DNA from: Longimicrobiales bacterium
GTDB lineage: Bacteria > Gemmatimonadota > Gemmatimonadetes > Longimicrobiales > Gaopeijiaceae
Direction: 5' to 3'
Length of the DNA: 64,000 bases
NCBI GenBank assembly: GCA_965116905.1
Contig: OZ220732.1
Coordinates: 1,632,001 to 1,696,000 of the forward strand
Position numbers and translations under genes: made by a program
Shown: piece by piece, positions 8,416 to 17,352 of the stretch
Numbering within the stretch: the first letter of the stretch is position 1
How the letters are laid out: every line of letters begins with the position of its first letter
Notes under the pieces: model-generated
Seen by the model: the letters and a program-made list of their open reading frames with translations, nothing else
Databases searched by the model: none
Told to the model about the DNA's origin: nothing

Positions 8416-9666
8416 TTACGCAGAGCCCTCGAGAAGCCGCCGCACGGGCACGGCATGAAGCCGATCGCCGAATGGCACGGTGGCCTCTCCGTCGTACAAT
8501 ACGACACCGCCCGCGAAACGGTCACCGAGTGCCCGTCGCAGCTTGCGGAGCCCGCGAAAATCGCCCGGGCGCACCGTCCCCGACGCCTTGACCTCGATGC
8601 CCGCGACTGCCGCAGCCCCGCGCTCGATGACGATGTCAACCTCCGCGCCGTCCTTGTCGCGGAAGTGGTGGAAGGACATTCGCGCATCGTCCCAGCTGGC
8701 CTGCCGCCGGAGTTCCTGAAACACGAACGTTTCCAGGAGTTGGCCGAACAGGTTGCGGTCGTAGGCCAGCGCGGGACCGTCCACACCGAGGAGCGCGGAC
8801 GCGATTCCGGTATCGCCAAGGTGGAGCTTTGGCCTCTTGACCAGCCGACTGATGCGGTTGTTGTGCCAGGCGGGAAGGCGTTCCAGCAGGAAGACCCGCT
8901 CGAGCAGCGTCGTATAGCTCCGAATCGTCGGCCGGCTGACTTCGAAGGGCGCCGCCAGGTCACTCACGTTGAAGATTCTGGCCGTCTGGCTGGCGGCCGC
9001 GGCGAGCAGTCGCGGCAGGATTTCCAGCTGGCGAACGCGGGCAAGGTCAAGGACATCACGCTGGACAAGCGCATCGACGAGGTCGTGGTACCAGTTGGCG
9101 CGTCGGCGTCCCGGTGGGCGGGTGAGTGCGGCCGGATACCCCCCGGCGGTGATGCGACTCGGCAGTCCGGCTCCCAGCCGCTCGGAGCGCTCGACGGTGA
9201 AGTCGCCGCCGAAGAGCGCGTCAAGGAAACCGGATCCGCGGCGCGTCAACTCGCACTGTGCCAGGGGGTGCAGCCGGAGCGTCTGCAATCGGCCCGCGAG
9301 CGACTCCGAGAGCTTCGGCACCAGAAGCGCATGAGTGGAACCTGTCAGCAGGAACCGTCCAGGAGTTCGCTTCCTGTCAATTTCCACCTTGAGGGCCGTG
9401 AACAGCGCGGGTACCTTCTGGATCTCGTCCAGGATGACTCGCCCCGGAAGGTTGGCCGCGAAACCGTTTGGATCCTCGTCGGCGGCGCTGCGGACCACAT
9501 CGTCGTCGAAGGTCACGTAGCTGTACCCGCGGGTCGCGCCCACGATCCGGGCAAGCGTGGTCTTGCCGCACTGGCGCGGTCCGTGAATCAGGACGGCCGG
9601 AGAGTCGGCGAGCGCCTCCACAAGGTGCGGCTCGACCAAGCGGGGATAAACGGTGGTGTCGATCAT
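8416..9666 (-). CDS. AAA+ ATPase (AAA_14) with C-terminal DUF4143 / PD-(D/E)XK-like domain, paralog 2
   Basis: GPRQCGKT, LDEIQ, LTGS, ESLAGR, GGYP, KLHLGDTG, EVDIV...IEVKA. Confidence 0.9.
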   Translation of the reverse strand: MIDTTVYPRLVEPHLVEALADSPAVLIHGPRQCGKTTLARIVGATRGYSYVTFDDDVVRSAADEDPNGFAANLPGRVILDEIQKVPALFTALKVEIDRKRTPGRFLLTGSTHALLVPKLSESLAGRLQTLRLHPLAQCELTRRGSGFLDALFGGDFTVERSERLGAGLPSRITAGGYPAALTRPPGRRRANWYHDLVDALVQRDVLDLARVRQLEILPRLLAAAASQTARIFNVSDLAAPFEVSRPTIRSYTTLLERVFLLERLPAWHNNRISRLVKRPKLHLGDTGIASALLGVDGPALAYDRNLFGQLLETFVFQELRRQASWDDARMSFHHFRDKDGAEVDIVIERGAAAVAGIEVKASGTVRPGDFRGLRKLRRALGDRFAGGVVLYDGEATVPFGDRLHAVPVRRLLEGSA

Positions 9667-9728
9667 CGACCAAATGTAACTTTAACATCGGCCAAATGAA
9701 AGAAACCATATCGGCCAAATGAAAGAAA
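9666..9728 (+). repeat. Three direct repeats TCG(G/A)CCAAATG(A/T)AA, 22-23-bp period, upstream of AAA ATPase #2
   Basis: Copies at 9666, 9688 and 9711; same motif and orientation as 8350-8410. Confidence 0.9.
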
Positions 9729-9736
9729 GCATCATC

Positions 9737-10738
9737 ATGCACCGACGTGACTTCGTGAAGACGGCGGCCGCGAGTACCATGGCGGGCGCGATGCCCGGGT
9801 TGCACGCCCCCACCCCAACCACCGGCACCGCCCTGGTCTCCGACGCCCGCTACCTCGACCACGTGCTCATCCGCCCCAACGGCAGCCGGCCGCCCGAGGT
9901 CCCCGAGCGCTTGGTCCGGATCCGCGCCGCACTCGAGGCCCGCGGCCTGATCGAGGCCACCGTGCCGCTGTCGCCCGCAGCCGACCCGCTCGACCGCATC
10001 CGCGCGCACCACACCGGCGAGCACGTGGACGCCGTCCGCCAACTCGGGGTCACCGCCCGCGTCGCCGAACTCGCTGTCTCCGGGGCCCTGACCGCCATCG
10101 ACGCCGTCGCCGACGGCACCGTGCGAAACGCCTTTTGCGCGATCCGCCCACCCGGCCACCATGCGAACAACACGGGTGCCGAGGAGGGATTCTGCTACTA
10201 CAGCAACGCCGCGATCGCGGCCAGGTACGCGCAGGACATCCACGGGCACGAGAAGGTCCTGATCATCGACTGGGACTACCACCACGGCAACGCCACGCAG
10301 AACGCCTTCTACGCCGACCCGTCCGTCCTCTTCTTCTCCGCGCACGACTGGAACGCCTACCCGGGCACCGGCGATCCGTCGCTCACCGGCGCGGGCAACG
10401 CCACCGGCCTCAACATCAATGTGCACCTGGACTGCGGCGCGACCGACGCGGACATGCTCCGCCACTGGGACAACGTGCTTTCGCCGGCCGTGGCCGCCTT
10501 CGATCCGGACTTCGTGGTGGTTTCGGCCGGGTTCGACAGCCGCCGGGACGACCTCCTGGGCTGCTTCGCTCTGACCGACGACGCGTTCCGCCACATGACC
10601 CGGATCGCAATGGACTATGCCGACAGCTGTTGCGATGGCCGTCTGGTGTCCTTGTTGGAGGGCGGATACAATCTCGACGGCACGGCACTCGCCGCGGCCG
10701 CACATGTTGAGACACTGCTGGAAACGGGAAACCCATGA
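9737..10738 (+). CDS. Histone deacetylase-family (acetylpolyamine amidohydrolase-like) Zn enzyme with Tat signal
   Basis: MHRRDFVK Tat motif; RPPGHHA, GFC, IDWDYHHGNATQ, SAGFD, LEGGY. Alternative start at 9719. Confidence 0.9.
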   Translation: MHRRDFVKTAAASTMAGAMPGLHAPTPTTGTALVSDARYLDHVLIRPNGSRPPEVPERLVRIRAALEARGLIEATVPLSPAADPLDRIRAHHTGEHVDAVRQLGVTARVAELAVSGALTAIDAVADGTVRNAFCAIRPPGHHANNTGAEEGFCYYSNAAIAARYAQDIHGHEKVLIIDWDYHHGNATQNAFYADPSVLFFSAHDWNAYPGTGDPSLTGAGNATGLNINVHLDCGATDADMLRHWDNVLSPAVAAFDPDFVVVSAGFDSRRDDLLGCFALTDDAFRHMTRIAMDYADSCCDGRLVSLLEGGYNLDGTALAAAAHVETLLETGNP

Positions 10739-11637
10739 TCAACAACACGCGCATCCTGTGCTCCACCTTCGCTCTGGCCCTCGCCCCCCTGGCGTGCGCG
10801 GCGCCAGCCGACGATCCGGCCGGCGACCCTGCCGCCGCGCCGGACGAGGGCATCGAGGTCTCCCATACCGAGGTCGCCGACGGCGTCTACCAGCTCAACG
10901 CCGGCTCGCACAATGCATTCTTCGTCGACACGGACGCGGGCGTTGTCGCCTTCGATCCCATCTCGACGGACGCGGCGGCCGGGCTTGTGGCCGCCATTCG
11001 CTCGGCGGCCCCGGACAAACCGCTCGCGGCCATCGTCTACAGCCACAGCGACGCCGACCACGCCACGGGAGCCCCCATGCTGCGGCAGGCGTTCGGCGCC
11101 GACGTGCCGATCATCGCGCAGGAGAACGCCTTCCCCATCATCACGGCGGGCGGCGACCCCGACCTGCCGCCCCCCGACCTCACCTTCGCGGACAACATGA
11201 CCCTGCGGTTCGGCGGGCGCGCGATCGAGCTGCATTACCTGGGACCGAGCCACACGGACAACCTGCTGGTGGCGCTCGTCCCCGATGCGGGCGTGCTCTT
11301 CGCGGTCGATTTCGTCAGCAACGACCGGGTCGGCTACCGGGACCTCCCGGGGTGGCACTTCGACGACCTCTACGTGGCGCTCGACCGGCTGATGGAGATC
11401 CCCTTCGAGACCGTGGTCTTCGGCCACGGCGCGGTGGGCGACCGAGGGACTATCGAGCGCCAGCTCGCCTACTACGCGGATCTGCGCGACGCCGTCCAGG
11501 CTGCGGTGGACGAGGGGCTGTCCGAGGAGGAGGCTATGGCCCAGGTCCGTCTGGACGACTACGCCCACTGGGGCCAGTACGAGGCCTGGTTCCCGATGAA
11601 CGTAGGGGCGGTGTACCGCTGGCTGGCGGGGGGCTGA
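10735..11637 (+). CDS. MBL-fold metallo-hydrolase, lipoprotein
   Basis: Lipobox LAC; YSHSDADH (variant of HxHxDH), SHTD, VFGHG; ATGA coupling to the HDAC gene. Confidence 0.8.
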   Translation: MINNTRILCSTFALALAPLACAAPADDPAGDPAAAPDEGIEVSHTEVADGVYQLNAGSHNAFFVDTDAGVVAFDPISTDAAAGLVAAIRSAAPDKPLAAIVYSHSDADHATGAPMLRQAFGADVPIIAQENAFPIITAGGDPDLPPPDLTFADNMTLRFGGRAIELHYLGPSHTDNLLVALVPDAGVLFAVDFVSNDRVGYRDLPGWHFDDLYVALDRLMEIPFETVVFGHGAVGDRGTIERQLAYYADLRDAVQAAVDEGLSEEEAMAQVRLDDYAHWGQYEAWFPMNVGAVYRWLAGG

Positions 11638-11688
11638 CTCAGGCTTGCCCCACGCCGATTGGGGGGCGAGCCGGCCTTCGCCGCGCCC

Positions 11689-12453
11689 TCAAACCCGCAC
11701 CAGGTCCGCGTAGACGCATTCCCGGCCGCCGGCGTTGCCGCTGGCGTTGCCGTCCGCATTGCCGCCGCCATTGCCGTCCGCATCCGCCGCAACCGGCCGG
11801 CGCACGATCAGACCGGGTCTGGCCGGCACAGGGGACGAGAACATCGGCCCATCCAGCACGCAGGTGTGGAACTCGCCGTTTTCGCCGAGCGGGTCGACTC
11901 CCGGCGGCAGATCCGCCAGCAGGTCGCGGTCGAACCACCTGCCCGCGATTCCCGCCGGAGCCATTTCGGGATCGACCGCGTTGACGACCGCGCGCAGCCC
12001 CGAGTCGATCATGGTGTGGGCGAGGCGCGTGGTGTCGGTGCCCCAGATGGGGAAGACGGGCGTGAATCCGGTCCCGGCCAGCCCGTCTTCGCGGTAGGCG
12101 CGCACATCCTCCAGAAAGAGGTCGCCGAACGCGAGATGGGACGCGGCCCGCGCTTCGGGAAGCCGTCGCAACCGTTCTAGGAAGCCGTGCATCGCGGCCT
12201 CGTAGGCGTCGTTCGAGCAGGGGTAGGGGATCTCGATCTCGTAGAGGGGCAGCCCCAGGTGGCGGGCCTGCCGGGCCAGCACCCACCGCGGCGTCCCATG
12301 AACCGACACGCGGTCGAAGGCGGTGGTCACGGTGGTGAAGATCCCGCGCACGTCCCAGGTCTCCGGCTCCTGGCGAAGCACGTGCAGCGCCCATGCGGAG
12401 TCCTTGCCGGACGACCAGGAGACGAGGATGGGGGTGGGTGGCATGACGGTCAT
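11689..12453 (-). CDS. PP-loop adenine nucleotide alpha-hydrolase (diphthamide synthase Dph6-like ATP-binding protein)
   Basis: SWSSGKDS, FGDLFLEDVRAYRE, DPLGENGEFHT. Confidence 0.85.
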   Translation of the reverse strand: MTVMPPTPILVSWSSGKDSAWALHVLRQEPETWDVRGIFTTVTTAFDRVSVHGTPRWVLARQARHLGLPLYEIEIPYPCSNDAYEAAMHGFLERLRRLPEARAASHLAFGDLFLEDVRAYREDGLAGTGFTPVFPIWGTDTTRLAHTMIDSGLRAVVNAVDPEMAPAGIAGRWFDRDLLADLPPGVDPLGENGEFHTCVLDGPMFSSPVPARPGLIVRRPVAADADGNGGGNADGNASGNAGGRECVYADLVRV

Positions 12454-12540
12454 GGCTCACCCATTCTACAATGTCCGTCCTCGCGGGGCCTGGGGTTGCC
12501 CGGCCGAACCGCGCTTGATCCCGCTACTCCCGAGCATCCC

Positions 12541-13752
12541 ATGAAACGACGCGACTTCGTGAAGACCGCCGCCGCAGGCGCCGCCGTCGGCAGCGTGCCC
12601 GTGCTGGCGACACCGTCCGGCGCCGACGCAGCGGACCCGGCCACGCGACCCGGCCAGCCCGCCGCGCCCGCCATCCACACCCGCGCCACGCGGCCCGTTC
12701 TCGTCGCGGACGTGTCCTCGATCCGGTTCCGCAACGGCGGTCCCGAGAGCGCGATCGAGCGCGCATTCCGCGGCATCACCGAGGGCGAGGACATCCTCGA
12801 CGCGTGCGTCGCCGGCGTGAACATCCCCGAACGCGACCCCGAGGAGCGCGGGATCGGGTACGGCGGCCTTCCCAACGCCGACGGCGTGGTCCAGCTCGAC
12901 TCCTGCCTGATGCACGGGCCGCGCAAGTGGGCGGGCGGAGTGGCGGGTCTCGAAGGCGTGAAGACCCCGTCGCTCGTCGCGAAGGCGGTCGCCGAGCTGA
13001 CCGACCACCACCTGATCGTGGGCAAGGGGGCGCAGGAATTCGCGCGCGCGCTCGGCTTCGAGATCCACGACGACCTCAACACCGAAGCCTCCCGCGCGCT
13101 CTGGCTGGAATGGCGCCGCCGCGTCGATCCCGGTCACTGGCTCGATCCGGAGGAGCGGCTGCGCGGCAGGGAACGCCCCGACCAGGACGCACCCGCCCGC
13201 ATGCGCCGCTTCCACGACGCCGCACTCGCGGCCGGTCTCTCCATGGTCGACGACGGCCTGATCGACCCGGACTCGTTCTGGGGCACCACCAGCCTCGAAG
13301 CCGTCTCACCCGACGGCGACATCTGCGGCGTGACCACCACCAGCGGCCTCTCGTGGAAGATCCCGGGCAGGGCGGGGGACTCCCCGATCCTCGGGGCGGG
13401 CCAGTACGTGGACAACGACGTGGGCGCGGCGGGCTCGACCGGCCGCGGCGAGGCCAACCTCTACAATCTGAGCTGCGCCATGATCGTCGAGTTCATGCGG
13501 CAGGGCATGTCGCCCAGGGACGCCGGCCTGGCCGTGCTGGGGCGCGTACGCGACAACACGGTCGAGGCCCGCCTGCAGAACTCGCGCGGACTGCCCGGCT
13601 TCGACCTGCGCTTCTTCATCCTCAACAAGGCGGGCGACTACGCGGGCGTCGCCATGTACGGATCGGCCGAGTCGGCGTTCGCGGTGTGCGACGAGAACGG
13701 GGCCCGGGAAAAGCCTCTGGAGGGCCTGCTGGAGGGGTCGCCGCGGGACTGA
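12541..13752 (+). CDS. Ntn-hydrolase, glycosylasparaginase / isoaspartyl peptidase family, Tat-exported
   Basis: MKRRDFVK; GYGGLPNADGVVQLD; G/T autocleavage site; TTTSGL; GRAGDSPILGAG; TGRGE. Confidence 0.85.
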   Translation: MKRRDFVKTAAAGAAVGSVPVLATPSGADAADPATRPGQPAAPAIHTRATRPVLVADVSSIRFRNGGPESAIERAFRGITEGEDILDACVAGVNIPERDPEERGIGYGGLPNADGVVQLDSCLMHGPRKWAGGVAGLEGVKTPSLVAKAVAELTDHHLIVGKGAQEFARALGFEIHDDLNTEASRALWLEWRRRVDPGHWLDPEERLRGRERPDQDAPARMRRFHDAALAAGLSMVDDGLIDPDSFWGTTSLEAVSPDGDICGVTTTSGLSWKIPGRAGDSPILGAGQYVDNDVGAAGSTGRGEANLYNLSCAMIVEFMRQGMSPRDAGLAVLGRVRDNTVEARLQNSRGLPGFDLRFFILNKAGDYAGVAMYGSAESAFAVCDENGAREKPLEGLLEGSPRD

Positions 13753-13883
13753 GGGGGCCGCAGCCCTGGAGGTGTCGCGCCGCTCTTGAGGGGGCCGGTC
13801 GACCTCGGTCAGTCGGCGTCGTCCTTCGAGCGCTGCCGCGCGATCCGCGGTGGTCCGCGGAATGCTGGCCTGGAGTGGCGCTA

Positions 13884-13916
13884 TAGTTTAGTTTACGAGC
13901 TAACCTAAACTAACAG
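13884..13916. promoter_or_regulatory. AT-rich palindromic operator-like site upstream of fic
   Basis: TAGTTTAGTTTA-cgagc-TAACCTAAACTA (11/12 symmetric). Confidence 0.6.
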
Positions 13917-13932
13917 CAACCAATTGTTCAGG

Positions 13933-15135
13933 ATGCCCGGACATCACATCCGTCTGATCTGGCGCCACGATCCCATTCTGTACGCGCCCCCGAAGTACCG
14001 GAGGGCGTGCGCGTACGACGCCTTCATTCCCGACCCTATCGCTGACCTTCCCTTTGCGCTCGACGCTGCCACGGCGGGCCTCGTATCGGATGCGGAGGGC
14101 ACGATCCACGCGCTGAACTCGGAGCGCTCCGATGTGCTCGCTCCTCTCGCTCGCCTGCTGCTCCGCACGGAGTCGATCTCTTCCTCCAGGGTCGAGGGGA
14201 TTGCGGTCGGCGCACGGGCGATGGCACGTGCCGCATCGAGGGCGGAATCGGGTTTGCGGGTCGGTCCGACGGCCCGTGAGGTGTTGGACAACGTGAACGC
14301 CATGCAGGCCGCGATGGACGCGGCGTCGGACCAACGCCGGTTTACCATTGAGGACATTGTCGGGATACACCGGCTCGTCATGGCCCACGCGACCAACCGC
14401 CACGTCGCGGGACAGGTGCGGACGGTCCAGAACTGGATCGGGGGAAACGACTACAACCCGTGTGGTGCCGACTTTGTGCCCCCTCCGCCAGAACACGTTC
14501 ATCCGTTGCTGGAGGACCTGACGGACGCAGTGAACCGCGAGGACCTCCCACCCCTCATGCAGGCAGCGCTGGTGCACGCGCAGTTCGAAACCATCCATCC
14601 CTTCGAGGACGGCAATGGACGGACCGGTCGCGCACTTGTCCAGGTCGTGCTCCGCCGGCGTGGCATCGCGCCCCACTACGTTCCCCCCATCAGCGTGATC
14701 CTGGCTGCCGACAGGGACGCCTACATCGCAGGGCTGGGCCGGTTCCGGTTTGAAGACTCGATGCGCTGGATCGCCGAGTTCGCGGCAGCCGCGGCGCGCG
14801 CCGCCGCACTAGCGTCGCGTTACCTGGGTGCTGTGCGCGACCTGCAGGACCAGTGGCGCCTTCGACTGGCGGCGGGCCCGAACCCGCGAGCCGATGCCGC
14901 GGCGTGGGCGGTGATCGATGCGCTGCCGGCTCATCCGGTCATGTCTGCGGCCGACGCCATAGCCGACACCGGGCGGGCCCCGTCGGCGGTGCACGCGGCC
15001 GTGCGGCAGCTTGTGAACGGGGGCGTGCTGATTCCGCTGTCCAAGTCGAAACGCAACCGTCTCTGGGAAGCCGCGGGGCTGCTTGAACTGGTGGAGGGGC
15101 TGGAAGCCGGACGACCGCCGAGTCGGCGACCCTAG
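13933..15135 (+). CDS. Fic-domain protein (class II-like, internal inhibitory motif)
   Basis: Canonical HPFEDGNGRTGR; N-terminal SSRVEG matches (S/T)xxxE(G/N); C-terminal HTH-like region. Confidence 0.9.
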   Translation: MPGHHIRLIWRHDPILYAPPKYRRACAYDAFIPDPIADLPFALDAATAGLVSDAEGTIHALNSERSDVLAPLARLLLRTESISSSRVEGIAVGARAMARAASRAESGLRVGPTAREVLDNVNAMQAAMDAASDQRRFTIEDIVGIHRLVMAHATNRHVAGQVRTVQNWIGGNDYNPCGADFVPPPPEHVHPLLEDLTDAVNREDLPPLMQAALVHAQFETIHPFEDGNGRTGRALVQVVLRRRGIAPHYVPPISVILAADRDAYIAGLGRFRFEDSMRWIAEFAAAAARAAALASRYLGAVRDLQDQWRLRLAAGPNPRADAAAWAVIDALPAHPVMSAADAIADTGRAPSAVHAAVRQLVNGGVLIPLSKSKRNRLWEAAGLLELVEGLEAGRPPSRRP

Positions 15136-15153
15136 AGTCGGCACGGCCCCGGA

Positions 15154-15537
15154 TCAGGCCGACATCGTCAGCACATCGTAGAGCGGAATGCGGGCGTCCC
15201 GCGTGACCAGCACCAGGCCTTCCGCCTGCGCCTGGGCGATCAGCATCCTGTCGAACGGGTCACGGTGATGGTCCGGCAGGGCTGCGGTCCGTTCCGCCTG
15301 CTCAAAGGTCAGTGGCAGGTGCGTGAACCCCTTGTCCTCCACGACGGCCGCCAGGTTGCTCGGCGCCGCCAGACGCCCGTTGGCCTTCTTGATCGCGATT
15401 TCCCAGCCCGAGACCGCGCTGACGAAGACTTCGTTGTCGGGATCGGCGATGGCCTCGCGCGTCGATTCGGCGATTTGGGCCCAGTCGGACAGCCACCAGA
15501 GCAACGCGTGCGTGTCGAGCAACAGCCGCATCGTCAT
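15154..15537 (-). CDS. vapC: Type II TA toxin, PIN-domain VapC family
   Basis: LLLDTHALLWW, SAVSGWEIAIK, HRDPFDRMLIAQA, LVTRD. Confidence 0.9.
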   Translation of the reverse strand: MTMRLLLDTHALLWWLSDWAQIAESTREAIADPDNEVFVSAVSGWEIAIKKANGRLAAPSNLAAVVEDKGFTHLPLTFEQAERTAALPDHHRDPFDRMLIAQAQAEGLVLVTRDARIPLYDVLTMSA

Positions 15538-15785
15538 TCGTTCCCCGGATAAAGCCTGGACCTCTCGAACGCGGCGATGATATCGTCGTCGTCCGCGTCG
15601 AAGTCCGGGGCCAGCCGGATCCGGCCTTCGAGGCCGCCGGGCTCCCGACGATCGAGTCGCTCGCGGTAGGGCGTCAGTCGCAACCAGGGGCGCCCCGACT
15701 TGCAGATCACGATCTCTTCGCCCTGCCACGCCAGTCGGGCCAGGCGGGAGAGTTGCGACTTGGCTTCGTGCATGTTGACCCTCAT
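15534..15785 (-). CDS. Type II TA antitoxin, Phd/YefM family
   Basis: MRVNMHEAKSQLSRL...GEEIVICKSGRP; ATGA overlap with the toxin. Confidence 0.9.
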   Translation of the reverse strand: MRVNMHEAKSQLSRLARLAWQGEEIVICKSGRPWLRLTPYRERLDRREPGGLEGRIRLAPDFDADDDDIIAAFERSRLYPGNE

Positions 15786-15918
15786 GGGGAGCGCCCTCCG
15801 CGTCAAGCTGAGGTGATCCAAGTTGGCTAAACTTAGGCTAGCTAATTACAAAGCCGCTAGCAAGACTCAGGGTTTTCCCCCTATCGGGTTCAGGGCTTTT
15901 CCGGCTCCAGATGGGCGG

Positions 15919-17352
15919 CTACGTTTCGTTCTGAGCCGCCCTGGGAGCCTGCGGACCGCCCCCCAGATCCACCACCTCGATATCCCGCCAGCGCACCTTT
16001 ATCCCGCCACCGTCGTGGATCTGTAGCGCAATCGAGCCCGTGCCGGCACCGACGCCCTCATCCACCAGATCCACCATCCGCGTCCCATTCAGCCAGGTCG
16101 TGACCCGGTCTCCCACCGCGCGGACCCGCATCGTGTTCCAGTCGCCCATCTGGAGCGCGGCATCCAGCGCCGGGTCGGGCTGCACGAGCCATCCGCGGCC
16201 GTACGACTCGTAGATGCCGCCGGTGAAGAGGCCCGGGGGCGCGACCTCGGCCTGCCAGCCGCTGACGGTCGTGCCTTCGACGCTCGAGCGGAAGAAGACG
16301 CCGCTGTTGCCGTCGGCCTCCTGCTTGAAGTCGACGGTGAGGTCGAAGTCGCGGAAGGTGCGGTCGGTGGTGAGATAGCCGTAGGCGGCGTCGGGGCCGC
16401 TTTCGCAGATCAGTTCGCCGCTGTCGACGTACCAGCGCTCGGTGCCGTGGACCTGCCAGCCGTCGAGGTCGGTGCCATTGAACAGCGAGACGGGTTCGAG
16501 CGGGAGGATCCTGATGTTGCGATAGAAGACGTTGCGGCCGTGGTCCTGCAGGCCGATCGGGCCGGCGGGTGCGCGGCCGTACTGCGGGAAGGGGGCGAAC
16601 TTGCTGGCGGCGACGAGCGCCTCCCACTCGGGCGAGCCGAGCACGTATTCCACCGTCCTGGTGCCGTTCAGCCAGTGCTCGACGTGGTTGTTGGCGACGC
16701 GGATGCGGGCGGTGTTCCACTGGCCGGGGCCGTGGAGGGTCTTCGCGCCCGCGGCGTGCAGGTCGTAGTTGTCGCCGGTCAGGTGCGTGTTCATGTCCAT
16801 CGTGCCCATCTCGATGTACGCGGTGTCGTCGAGGACCTGGTACTCGGGCGCGTTGTGCCAGATCGCGGCGCCGGGCTCCTCGATCACCCGGTAGAGGACG
16901 CCGCTGTTGGCGACCTCGGAGAGCATGAACTCGAACTTGAGATCGAAGTCGGTGAAGGACTCGGTGGTGACGATGTCGCCGCCGATGGGGACGTCGGGGT
17001 CGGTGGCGGTCGCGCCGACAACGAGCATGCCGTCGACCACCGCCCAGCCGGTGTCGGGAAAGGCCTCGAGGTTGTAGCCGCGCCAGCCCTCGGTGGTCTC
17101 GCCGTCGAAGAGGAGGCGCCAGCCCGCGGCGCGCTCGGCGTCGGTGAGGGTGTTGGGGGGAGTGGTCGTGGGGTCGGGATCGGCGGCCGCAGCGGCACCG
17201 GGGGCGGCCTGGGCGCCGGAGCCATCGGCGTCGCCCGAGCAGGCAGCAGTGGCGACGGCCATGAGCATGGCCAGGAGGACAGCCAGGCTCCACGGCAAGG
17301 GGCGGCCGACCGCGGGACCGACCACAGTATGTATTTTGTGTAAAATACGCAT
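15919..17352 (-). CDS. Lipoprotein with two DUF1080 (3-keto-disaccharide hydrolase-like) domains
   Basis: Lipobox TAAC; two copies of the pattern LFxG...GW...NSGV...WNTxR...HWLNG/TWLNG...IxLQxH; start overlaps the upstream TAA. Confidence 0.85.
   Translation of the reverse strand: MRILHKIHTVVGPAVGRPLPWSLAVLLAMLMAVATAACSGDADGSGAQAAPGAAAAADPDPTTTPPNTLTDAERAAGWRLLFDGETTEGWRGYNLEAFPDTGWAVVDGMLVVGATATDPDVPIGGDIVTTESFTDFDLKFEFMLSEVANSGVLYRVIEEPGAAIWHNAPEYQVLDDTAYIEMGTMDMNTHLTGDNYDLHAAGAKTLHGPGQWNTARIRVANNHVEHWLNGTRTVEYVLGSPEWEALVAASKFAPFPQYGRAPAGPIGLQDHGRNVFYRNIRILPLEPVSLFNGTDLDGWQVHGTERWYVDSGELICESGPDAAYGYLTTDRTFRDFDLTVDFKQEADGNSGVFFRSSVEGTTVSGWQAEVAPPGLFTGGIYESYGRGWLVQPDPALDAALQMGDWNTMRVRAVGDRVTTWLNGTRMVDLVDEGVGAGTGSIALQIHDGGGIKVRWRDIEVVDLGGGPQAPRAAQNET

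Noticed and set aside
8350..9728. 23-bp arrays as mini-CRISPRs
   Set aside because: The conserved part is only ~14 bp and the variable part ~9 bp, far below CRISPR repeat/spacer sizes; no cas genes.
10735..11637. MBL-fold gene as a metallo-beta-lactamase resistance gene
   Set aside because: The motif is HxDxDH and the fold is shared by many unrelated hydrolases; no specific support.
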